NCBI GenBank assembly: GCA_011364975.1
Contig: RDOE01000056.1
Location: 1-20,787 of the forward strand
Source of the DNA: Promethearchaeota archaeon
GTDB lineage: Archaea; Asgardarchaeota; Lokiarchaeia; Sigyniarchaeales; SOKP01
Direction: 5' to 3'
DNA: 20,787 nucleotides
Part shown: positions 9,130 to 17,254 of the stretch, piece after piece
Layout of the letters: every line of letters begins with the position of its first letter
Position numbering within the stretch: position 1 is the stretch's first letter
The notes under the pieces: model-generated
Seen by the model: the letters and a program-made list of their open reading frames with translations, nothing else
Database searches by the model: none
What the model was told of the DNA's origin: nothing
Made by a program: the position numbers and the translations under genes

Positions 9130-10140
9130 ATGGCTCAAATGACCAAAACTAAAATTATTTCTAAAGAAAAACCTTTTGAATCAGATAAAAATCTAATCCT
9201 AAAGATGTTAAAATTTATTGCTACAAATTTAAAATTCTTATTAATTCCAGGATATAGATTGGAGGATTTGACTCTCCGGGAAATAGAATTTGAAAAAAAT
9301 ATTAGCAAAAGAAGATTCATTAGACGGCTTAAATCTGTTTTAACTTTAATTGGTATTGGTATAATTTTTGCGATTATTACTATGGCAGTATTTCCAGAAT
9401 GGTTAGCGCCTTATTCGTTCGAAGAGGCCAATGGATTACCGGGGAATTCATGGTTTCCTCCTTCAGAAGATTATCCCTTAGGACAAACTGAGTTTGGGAG
9501 AGATATTTTATCAAGGATAATTTTTGGCGCACGTTCCTCCTTAACAATTGCCCTTCCCTCAATAACTTTTAGTGTGGTATGTGGAGTTATTATAGGAGTA
9601 GTTGCTGCTTATTACGGAGGTTGGATTGATGCTGTTATTATGAGACTAGTTGACATTTTTTTAGCATTCCCCGGATTAATACTCGCTATGGTCTTTATTG
9701 CTATTTGGTCGCCTAGGATGGAATATATTATGCTTGCCTATGGTATAATTGGTATCCCATTCTATTCTCGACTTATACGAGGCTCTGTTTTACAATCACG
9801 CACTTTACCATACGTTGAAGCTGCTAAAGTAGCAGGAGCTGGAAATTGGAGAATCATGTTTAAACATATATTACCTAATTGTATTCAACCGATAATTATT
9901 TCATTTACATTTAATATTGGAGGAATTATTTTAGCTTTAGCAGGATTAGCATTTTTAGGATATAGTGATGTTGAACTCATTGAATGGGGAAGAGACATTG
10001 ATATTGGTAGAGGACAACTAGTAAATGCACCTTGGGCAGCATTTTGGCCAGGAATTATGATTTTATTTACGGTACTTGGTTTTATGTTACTAGGAGATGG
10101 TTTAAGAGACGCTCTAGACCCAAGAATGAGAAATTTATAA
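9130..10140 (+). CDS. dppC: ABC-type peptide/nickel transporter permease, DppC/OppC family
   Basis: PLGQTEFGRDILSRIIFGARSSL, MRLVDIFLAFPGLIL, EAA loop YVEAAKVAGAGNWRIMFKHILPN, C-terminal LGDGLRDALDPR; GGAGTGA SD upstream. Confidence 0.93.
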   Translation: MAQMTKTKIISKEKPFESDKNLILKMLKFIATNLKFLLIPGYRLEDLTLREIEFEKNISKRRFIRRLKSVLTLIGIGIIFAIITMAVFPEWLAPYSFEEANGLPGNSWFPPSEDYPLGQTEFGRDILSRIIFGARSSLTIALPSITFSVVCGVIIGVVAAYYGGWIDAVIMRLVDIFLAFPGLILAMVFIAIWSPRMEYIMLAYGIIGIPFYSRLIRGSVLQSRTLPYVEAAKVAGAGNWRIMFKHILPNCIQPIIISFTFNIGGIILALAGLAFLGYSDVELIEWGRDIDIGRGQLVNAPWAAFWPGIMILFTVLGFMLLGDGLRDALDPRMRNL

Positions 10141-10147
10141 AATTTAA

Positions 10148-10161
10148 TTTTTCTTTTTTTT
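10148..10161 (+). terminator. Oligo(T) terminator candidate after the permease
   Basis: T5-C-T8 starting 8 nt after the stop. Confidence 0.5.
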
Positions 10162-10239
10162 AATTTTATTTTACCTAAATTCTTTAAAGGTATTAAGATA
10201 TATTGAATAATTGAGAAATTCATTAATTTGTGATATCAT

Positions 10240-10518
10240 ATGGAAGATTTAAAGGATAAAGGTATGAAAGTTTTCAATGCTTTATTTGAAGGTAAAAAAA
10301 AGGTTGAACTTGATGAAATTGAATATGAAATAAAAAAATTTTCAAGTGGCGTAAAATACATTGATTACTTTGGATATAGGTTTATAGAACAAAACCGTAA
10401 TAAAAAATCAGAATGGGGTAAAAAAGCTCGAGAAGGACATAAGATAATGTGGATTATAAAGGGACGAAGATATATTGCTCAGATTATAGATGGAAAATTT
10501 AATGATTTGAAGAAATGA
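10240..10518 (+). CDS. Small basic hypothetical protein (92 aa)
   Basis: ATG with GTGA SD-like element upstream, protein-like composition, motif FIEQNxxKxSxWxxxARxGHxIMW, pyrimidine/T tract downstream. Confidence 0.8.
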   Translation: MEDLKDKGMKVFNALFEGKKKVELDEIEYEIKKFSSGVKYIDYFGYRFIEQNRNKKSEWGKKAREGHKIMWIIKGRRYIAQIIDGKFNDLKK

Positions 10519-10677
10519 ATTATATTAAATTATTCACTTTCCCTTTCTCTTTTTTTAAATATTATCCTATTTAAAAGTTGACAATAACGACTGGACTCCT
10601 ATATATTTTTAATATTGATTAGTTAAATATTATTTAGAAATAATCATTATAAAGAAAAAAAGAGGTAAATAAAAGAG

Positions 10678-10866
10678 ATGGATGCTCAAATAGAAAAAAA
10701 TATCAATTATTATGATTTTTTAGCTTTTGTTCAAGAAATTTCAAAAAATGTTAATAAGATTCAAAAACAATCTGTTACATTAATATATGAGAATTATAAT
10801 AGTTCAATTTGTAAAAAAAGAATTGATAATAAAATTAAAAGCCTCGAAAAGTTATTAGAAAGCTAA
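10678..10866 (+). CDS. Hypothetical 62-aa helical protein
   Basis: ATG preceded by purine-rich GAGGT leader; T7 tract right after the stop; no recognised domain. Confidence 0.5.
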   Translation: MDAQIEKNINYYDFLAFVQEISKNVNKIQKQSVTLIYENYNSSICKKRIDNKIKSLEKLLES

Positions 10867-11148
10867 TTTTTTTAATTATTAATATATCCAAATCCATACT
10901 ATTGAGCATCCATCTCTCAAAATATACTCTTTTTCGCATAATTAATACTTTCTTAAACCCTAAATAAAAAAAGAGATTAGATTGCATTAATTTTATATTT
11001 GCTCAGATTTTTTATATAAATCGTAACCAATTAAAATAAAAAAAAAATTCGAAATCTGATTAAAAGGGAATTTTAAAAACATCCATAGTCCTTTATAGGT
11101 TTTTTATAGTTTTTTCAAAATATCAAATATAAATTGAAATTTACTAAT

Positions 11149-11871
11149 ATGAAAACTGAAATAATAATCCCATCTATAAGAATAACCGATCCCAATGTTC
11201 GTAAAGTATTAGAAATCGCAGAAGACATCACATCTAAAAATCAAGCACTAACCTTGGAAACGCTTTACAATAAAGTAAAAAAAGAGTTTAAAATATCTCG
11301 AAATGGGTTATTCTCGATTATTCAATTTCTAATTAACAAAAAAATTTTAGTTGAGGGCTCAAAATTCACTCGGGAGAATGTACTCCTAAATTATAAAAGG
11401 AAAAAAGTCTATGAATTCATTGTAAAATATGGCGGGGTTCATTTTTCAGATATAAGAAAGAATTTGGCTCGTAAAACAGAAAGCGATACAGAAAGTTCAG
11501 GTCAATTAATATGGCATTTAGAATTGTTACTTAAATTTGGCTACATTAAGAGGATAAAAGTCGATCGATACACCATTTTCTTACCTATTGAATTGAACAA
11601 TGAAATAGGAATAATGAGTTTCTTACTAAAAGATAATATAAATCGAAAAATTATTGCCTTATTACTAGACAAAAAATCAATCAAAAACTCTGAAATTTTC
11701 AAAATTGTAGATGAAAAAAAAGAACTTGTTAATTTGAGAATAAATAATTTAATAATTTATAATTTAATTCAATTTAAAAATGATTCAAGTGAAGTTTCCG
11801 TAATTCAAAATAAAAAAGAAATTATTAAGAATATTTTAGAAAATCTTACAAAATCTCTATACAAAATGTAA
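11149..11871 (+). CDS. Multi-winged-helix transcriptional regulator (ArsR/MarR-like wHTH tandem)
   Basis: RKKVYEFIVKYGGVHFSDIRK ... GQLIWHLELLLKFGYI and NRKIIALLL ... LVNLRINNLIIYNLI wHTH units, plus an extra N-terminal wHTH-like unit. Start is ATG 11149 or TTG 11134. Confidence 0.8.
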   Translation: MKTEIIIPSIRITDPNVRKVLEIAEDITSKNQALTLETLYNKVKKEFKISRNGLFSIIQFLINKKILVEGSKFTRENVLLNYKRKKVYEFIVKYGGVHFSDIRKNLARKTESDTESSGQLIWHLELLLKFGYIKRIKVDRYTIFLPIELNNEIGIMSFLLKDNINRKIIALLLDKKSIKNSEIFKIVDEKKELVNLRINNLIIYNLIQFKNDSSEVSVIQNKKEIIKNILENLTKSLYKM

Positions 11872-11897
11872 ATTCTATAAGGGAGTAATTTTAAAAA

Positions 11898-13208
11898 ATG
11901 GAGTTAAATTGGACACCTGAAATAATTGTTGAAATTTTTACAAGTGCAATGATTTTTACAGCTACATTACTCATGAAATTTACGCCAAGAACCAAGAATA
12001 TAAAGTCGTTATCTTTTATTAGGGTAGCTCTATTTTTTATGGGTATGCTTTTCACCCTAGATTTGTTAGCAAACCTTTTTCTAAGTACAATTCTCTCTCG
12101 AATATGTGGCATTATGCTATTTCCTAGCGCAGTTTTCTTTGCGATAGGGATTAATTATACAATTAAGGAAACATCCTATTCTCTTTATTTATTTATAGCA
12201 GTTGGGTTAGGAATTTTATACAGTTATCTCGCTTTTGAACCAAATGCTGTTGGATTTGAATTTGAGGGTGGATATTTAAATGTTAATTGGATTGGACTTT
12301 ATGAACTATTCGGATCATTTTTTATTTTTTTTGTGGGTACTGCTTCTATTTATTGGGGGTTAAAAACTTGGTTGAATGCTCCATTCTTGATCAAAAAAGA
12401 ATCCTTTATCTTTTTTATGGGTACTGTAATAAATGGACCAATAACTCTCATTATATACCTCCTTTATTATTGGAATCCAATTTTTATTCTACTTGCTTAT
12501 GCAACTACTGGTTTAGGAAATCTAGTTGTTTCTATTGCGATAATAAAAGAGCCTAAACTCTTATATATCTTACCATTTACGATATATAGGATCACAGTAA
12601 GGGATCGAAAAGGTAATGCTTTATTTAATCATGATTGGTCTCATATAACTATAAATGAATCTGTATTTACGGGATTTTTAAATGCTGTCCAACATATGAG
12701 TAAAGAAGTGATAAACATGGGAGGGGTTTTAGATATAAAATTAGAAGAAGGTATATTTACACTACATGAATCAGATTTAATCTCAGTTGCGTTAGTATCC
12801 TCTAAATCCTCTAAATTATTAGCGGAATGCATTACCGGGTTTGCAAAAGACTTTCAAGTAAAATATAATAAGGAATTGAAGGATTTTTGCACAGAGAAAG
12901 AAAAATATGAAGATTCCTATGATTTGATAGAGAAATATTTCTCAAACTTTCCGTATAAAATGATTACCAGTAAAAAACAAATATTGTTTTTATCAGGAGA
13001 ATTAAAAAAAGTTCCTTTAGAGTTAGATGATAAATTCAAGATGATTTTTCCCGTTGAGAAGGACTATAACTTTATAAAAACAGAAATTCAGAAGGTACCA
13101 ATTAGTGTACCATCAGAATTTTTATCCTTGTATGAAGATCTAAAAATAGAAATGGAACAGATAAAAATTGAGGCCTCAAAATCATTGGATAATAAGCTCG
13201 ATAATTAA
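11898..13208 (+). CDS. Seven-transmembrane protein with cytoplasmic longin/roadblock-like C-terminal domain
   Basis: Seven hydrophobic segments in residues ~9-216, then YRITVRDRKGNALF (beta-hairpin), FTGFLNAVQHMSKEV (helix), three short strands and LAECITGFAKDFQVKY helix, matching longin topology. GGGAG SD upstream. Confidence 0.75.
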   Translation: MELNWTPEIIVEIFTSAMIFTATLLMKFTPRTKNIKSLSFIRVALFFMGMLFTLDLLANLFLSTILSRICGIMLFPSAVFFAIGINYTIKETSYSLYLFIAVGLGILYSYLAFEPNAVGFEFEGGYLNVNWIGLYELFGSFFIFFVGTASIYWGLKTWLNAPFLIKKESFIFFMGTVINGPITLIIYLLYYWNPIFILLAYATTGLGNLVVSIAIIKEPKLLYILPFTIYRITVRDRKGNALFNHDWSHITINESVFTGFLNAVQHMSKEVINMGGVLDIKLEEGIFTLHESDLISVALVSSKSSKLLAECITGFAKDFQVKYNKELKDFCTEKEKYEDSYDLIEKYFSNFPYKMITSKKQILFLSGELKKVPLELDDKFKMIFPVEKDYNFIKTEIQKVPISVPSEFLSLYEDLKIEMEQIKIEASKSLDNKLDN

Positions 13209-13309
13209 ATCCAACTCTTTAGAATTTTCTCCTTTAAAGGAATCAATTATCATTAATATTAATTAAGATAAGCCACATTAAAACTCATTTAAGTGTACAA
13301 AAATGAAAA

Positions 13310-13903
13310 TTACCTACTTTTTTCAAGAATCAATTCCAGATATGATTTTCGAATTGACTGATTTCTATCAATTCCTAAATCTTTTAGAAAGTCAAAGATT
13401 AGCTCCCTTACTTCATCAATTTTATCAATGTTATTACATAGTATTTCGGTTTCCAAGAAATAAGAATCTAATATAGGTAAATAATCAATTAGCACATCTA
13501 TTCTTTCATTCCTAAACTCAATTTCATATAATTCTCTTTCCTTAATTACTGTTAATATCTCTTGAAATCCTAATTTTAAAAGCAAATTTTTTATTTTTAA
13601 TTCATCATCAATTTTGATCTCAATTTCCTCTCGTGTTTTTGTGATATTATCTAACTTTTTATCTTTATAAGTGAGATAACTTTGAACTTTTATATGATTA
13701 CTCTTTTTATTCTTATCAAATTCGGTGGAATTTCGAATTCTTAACGCTTCATCAGTTTCTTGAAAATCTCTAAGTCCAATTGGCATATTAAAATAAGTAT
13801 CTGCATGTTTAAGAGATAATATATAATCGCCCTTGAAATTAATGATCTTTTTTCTTATCCCTTCGGGATCATCAATTTTTACTTTTATTTCAGCTTCAAT
13901 CAT
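13310..13903 (-). CDS. cyaB: CYTH/triphosphate tunnel metalloenzyme (usually annotated class IV adenylate cyclase)
   Basis: N-terminal ExExK (EAEIK), DTYF, EALRIR, LTYK, REEIE, KERELY, FLETE, KSYLEL. Confidence 0.9.
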   Translation of the reverse strand: MIEAEIKVKIDDPEGIRKKIINFKGDYILSLKHADTYFNMPIGLRDFQETDEALRIRNSTEFDKNKKSNHIKVQSYLTYKDKKLDNITKTREEIEIKIDDELKIKNLLLKLGFQEILTVIKERELYEIEFRNERIDVLIDYLPILDSYFLETEILCNNIDKIDEVRELIFDFLKDLGIDRNQSIRKSYLELILEKSR

Positions 13904-13987
13904 ATTTTATACACTTGAAATTCTAATAAGAAATATAATCTATTACTTTTTAATAAGTATTAACTAAGAATTATGAGATGAGTTTTT

Positions 13988-14953
13988 ATTTCTGATCCTG
14001 AATCAACCATAGAAAAGCTTGCGAAAGAATTTGGATATTTACCCTATATGGTTGAGAGATATATTCGATTTTTAGGATTAGAAGGTACAATAAATCTTTT
14101 AAGAGCAAATGAAAAACCTTTAACGCCAACTATTCGAGTTAATACTCTTAAAATATCAATTCAAAAATTTTTGAATCGTTTTAACAAAAAAGGTTTTGTT
14201 TGTGAGCCTATAGCAAATATTCCATATGGGTTTAAAATTTTAAAAGAGCCTTATAATTTAGGTTCTCAACATGAATATTTACAAGGTTATTATTATATTC
14301 AAAATCTAGCTTCAATGTTGCCCGCTATTATGCTTAATCCTCAGTTCAAAGATCTGGTTATTGATATGTGTGCCGCCCCAGGAAGTAAAGCAACCCAACT
14401 AGCTCAGTTAATGCAGAATAAAGGAACCCTCATTCTAATTGATAGAAATAAAAATAGAATTCCCGCACTAAGAGTCAATATAAATAGAATGGGTATTCTT
14501 AATTCTATGATATTAAATTATGACTCGAAAAATCTTAAAAACTTGAAAATTAGAGCCCAGAAGATTTTATTAGACGCACCATGCACAGGAGAAGGTTTAA
14601 TAAGAGAGGATTCTTCAAGGAAAAAAAGTAAAGAAATAAGCGATATAAAAAAGATGGCAAAAATTCAAAAAAGATTACTAATTGCTGGACTAGAAACATT
14701 AGAACCTGGAGGTGAATTGCTCTATAGTACATGTTCAATTGCGCCTGAAGAAAATGAATTAGTAATACATTCCACATTACAAAATCACCCCAATTTTTCC
14801 ATTATAAAAATGCCATATGTTATGGGAATCAGTGGTCTTACTAATTTTGATGGAATTGCCCTCAGAAAGGACTTGATAAATGCTCAGCGTTTATATCCTC
14901 ATATCCACGATACCATAGGCTTCTTTATGTGTAAGATTAAAATGCTATACTAA
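13988..14953 (+). CDS. NOL1/NOP2/RsmB-family RNA m5C methyltransferase
   Basis: IRVNTLK, DMCAAPGSK, LLDAPCTGEG (motif IV Cys), YSTCSIAPEENE (motif VI Cys), RLYPHIHDTIGFF. Frame stays open upstream of ATG 14048 to 13982; true start uncertain (see findings). Confidence 0.92.
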   Translation: MSDPESTIEKLAKEFGYLPYMVERYIRFLGLEGTINLLRANEKPLTPTIRVNTLKISIQKFLNRFNKKGFVCEPIANIPYGFKILKEPYNLGSQHEYLQGYYYIQNLASMLPAIMLNPQFKDLVIDMCAAPGSKATQLAQLMQNKGTLILIDRNKNRIPALRVNINRMGILNSMILNYDSKNLKNLKIRAQKILLDAPCTGEGLIREDSSRKKSKEISDIKKMAKIQKRLLIAGLETLEPGGELLYSTCSIAPEENELVIHSTLQNHPNFSIIKMPYVMGISGLTNFDGIALRKDLINAQRLYPHIHDTIGFFMCKIKMLY

Positions 14954-14963
14954 TCTTCTTTAT

Positions 14964-15545
14964 TTATTGTTTTTCTCTGAGATATTTGCCTTTATCGACT
15001 AAATTTTGAGCAATGAGATCCTTAGGTTCAAGATTTGGAATTTGATCCAGATCGATTTTTGTGATAATTATCGCCAATAATTCATTTAGTTCATTAACAG
15101 CAATTAAAATATTATCTTTTTGAATACTCTTTGGATACTTCAAAACCATTTCTTTGAGAATATTATTTCCATAAAGTATGGCTTTTTCTGCATTTTCATT
15201 AGCAACTAACAATCTATTATTTGGTATTAAATTATTCTGCATAAAAAAATCTGCTCCTTCAAGGCTTAAATAGAATTGACTTTTCTTTATAAATCCTAAA
15301 AATAATCCTACCGCTGCTAGATCATCCAAGTGACTAAATTGCTTTAATACAAGATTTAAATCATCAGAAACTAAAAAGATCGATAGATATACTTCTGGTG
15401 GATATGATTTATTTGCTGAGATATAAAGGTTTTTAGATTTTTGAGTTATAAAATCATGTAATTTAGGATTTAATATTGAAAGAGAGGACTCTATAATTTT
15501 TATTTCAAATTCATTGACTAATCTAAATTCAACCAAATCTCTCAT
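14964..15545 (-). CDS. nip7: Ribosome biogenesis protein Nip7 (pre-PUA + PUA), 193 aa
   Basis: EFRLVN, GLFLGFIKKSQFYLSLEG, AEKAILYGNNILK, C-terminal DKGKYLRE parallel eukaryotic Nip7. ATG at 15545 avoids overlap with the divergent Vps22 gene. Confidence 0.82.
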   Translation of the reverse strand: MRDLVEFRLVNEFEIKIIESSLSILNPKLHDFITQKSKNLYISANKSYPPEVYLSIFLVSDDLNLVLKQFSHLDDLAAVGLFLGFIKKSQFYLSLEGADFFMQNNLIPNNRLLVANENAEKAILYGNNILKEMVLKYPKSIQKDNILIAVNELNELLAIIITKIDLDQIPNLEPKDLIAQNLVDKGKYLREKQ

Positions 15546-15624
15546 TATCAAATAAAATAAAAAGAAATAAGAAGTTTTATTATTATTAATCAAATAAGGT
15601 ATTAAAAAATAGTGGCATCCAAAA

Positions 15625-16341
15625 ATGGGTATCCGAAAAATAGAAGATGAAATTGATTTACGAGAAGCGATGAAAAAGAAAGCAGCAGAGTTAAAACTCA
15701 AAGATATTCAAGCAAAAGCAGCAACGGAAAATTTTACAAAAGAAAAATTACAGGATTTAGCACGAAAACATGGAGTAATATTAGCATTAACTCCCGAATT
15801 AAAAGATGAGATAAAAGAACTACAGAAAAAATATAATATACCACCCTCTAAAATAATAACTGAGCAAATAACCGAGAATGATGTTTTAAAAAGATCTTCA
15901 AAAATCGACCATGAAAAATTGGGTATGCTTGCTTACCAAAGAATCTTAATGCAAAAAGAGGAAATTGGAGCTGGTTTACTCCCGCTTTCAGAAGTTTTTG
16001 AAATAATAAACACGGGAATTTTAAAAGGTCGGATTGAAATAAAGGATTTAATTAAAGCTTTAAAAACTTTAAATAGAAATCATGTAATTGATGATGTACA
16101 AGAATTAGAATCTGGTACTTTCATGATTAGATTTTTTCCAATCGAATATACTACTGATCAAGTTAAAGTCATAGGAGTCGCTAAAGAAAAAGGATTTATT
16201 TCATTAGAAGATGTATGTATAGCTTTGAATTGGTCACAAGATAGAGCTCTACAAACATTAACCTCTTTAGAAGAAAGTGGTATTGCTAAATTTAGAGAAT
16301 CCTTATTGAAAGGGAAACAATGGTATTTTCCGTCTATATAG
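15625..16341 (+). CDS. vps22: ESCRT-II subunit, EAP30/Vps22-Vps36-like (tandem winged helix)
   Basis: N-terminal MGIRKI basic helix, GLLPLSEV, DLIKALKTL, EYTTDQVKVI, ALNWSQDRALQTLTSL and C-terminal WYFPSI resemble SNF8/Vps22; adjacent to Vps25, Vps4 and ESCRT-III. Confidence 0.87.
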   Translation: MGIRKIEDEIDLREAMKKKAAELKLKDIQAKAATENFTKEKLQDLARKHGVILALTPELKDEIKELQKKYNIPPSKIITEQITENDVLKRSSKIDHEKLGMLAYQRILMQKEEIGAGLLPLSEVFEIINTGILKGRIEIKDLIKALKTLNRNHVIDDVQELESGTFMIRFFPIEYTTDQVKVIGVAKEKGFISLEDVCIALNWSQDRALQTLTSLEESGIAKFRESLLKGKQWYFPSI

Positions 16342-16346
16342 ACACC

Positions 16347-17234
16347 TTATTCAACTTTAAGTTTAAAAGATAATTCTCCATTTTCTAATTTTATAATCTT
16401 ACCCTTCTTATCTTTTTCTAAAATCTTGAATATCTTAATAATATCGTCATTGGGTAAAGTACTAAATGCCTTATTTGAATCTCTAATTTCAAATATTAAG
16501 ATAGGTTCTAACGGAGAGATTTCCATAGCCCATTCAAAAATTTCTTCTGCCCAATTATCAAGACTCTTCCAATATACGCGTAATTTTTCTTTACTTTTTG
16601 TCAACCATTCTGCTTGTTGTTTATCTACTAAGCCTTCAGCAATTTCTTTTAATGCAGTATTCCTGTCTTCAAACTTTGAAAAAGGTTTTTCAGATTCAAG
16701 CTTTCTTAAGTAAAGTATATGTAATAATGCATATCGAGCATAATCAAAAAGTACCTTGGACCATTCTTGTTTCCAAGATTCATAATCCTTTAAATCTGTC
16801 TTTTTGTTGGGCATTGAATACATGAAAACATATCTAGTTTCTTCTAACCATGGATGATCATTTACTAATAAATCATAAGTTGTGACCTCTTTAGCAACTG
16901 CTGACTTTTCTCCTATAATCTCTAACTCTATAGCTTGAAGTTCTTTTTCAATCTGTAAAGCATTTTGTTGATAAGTTTTTTCATCTATTTTTCCAAATTT
17001 AGAAGTCAAAAAATCCTCAATTTTATCCAATCGAGATTCGATCTCTTCACTGGGTAATAAATCTTCAACTGATTCAGATTCTTCAATTTGAATTTCCTTT
17101 TGTTTTTCTAACGCTTTCTGATGCTTTAACTCTTTTAACCGAACTAATTCTTTTCTTAATTCTTCTAATTCTTTTTCAGACTCTTTTTCTCTTTCTTTTA
17201 ATTCTTCTTTTGGTCTTTCTCTTTGTCTTTCCAT
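16347..17234 (-). CDS. vps25: ESCRT-II subunit Vps25 with N-terminal coiled-coil extension
   Basis: WKQEWSKVLFDY and AEWLTKSKEKLRVYWKSLDNWAEEIFEW match the Vps25 Trp pattern; first ~115 aa are E/K/R-rich. Confidence 0.88.
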   Translation of the reverse strand: MERQRERPKEELKEREKESEKELEELRKELVRLKELKHQKALEKQKEIQIEESESVEDLLPSEEIESRLDKIEDFLTSKFGKIDEKTYQQNALQIEKELQAIELEIIGEKSAVAKEVTTYDLLVNDHPWLEETRYVFMYSMPNKKTDLKDYESWKQEWSKVLFDYARYALLHILYLRKLESEKPFSKFEDRNTALKEIAEGLVDKQQAEWLTKSKEKLRVYWKSLDNWAEEIFEWAMEISPLEPILIFEIRDSNKAFSTLPNDDIIKIFKILEKDKKGKIIKLENGELSFKLKVE

Positions 17235-17254
17235 TTTTTTCCTACACTTTTAAA

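Noticed and set aside
10516-10518. TGA stop of the 92-aa ORF as possible selenocysteine
   Set aside because: Read-through runs into a low-complexity pyrimidine tract; no redox motif or SECIS-like hairpin seen.
13310-13903. CYTH gene as cAMP output of the neighbouring 7TM protein
   Set aside because: Convergent orientation and separate unit; many CYTH proteins are triphosphatases rather than cyclases; adjacency alone is insufficient.
15546-15701. 52-codon N-terminal extension of Nip7 in the ORF track
   Set aside because: Overlaps the divergent vps22 start, reads as translated AT-rich spacer, and Nip7 similarity starts at ATG 15545.
17130-17234. Purine/pyrimidine-skewed low-complexity DNA as a possible repeat element
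   Set aside because: Fully explained by Glu/Lys/Arg codons of the Vps25 extension.
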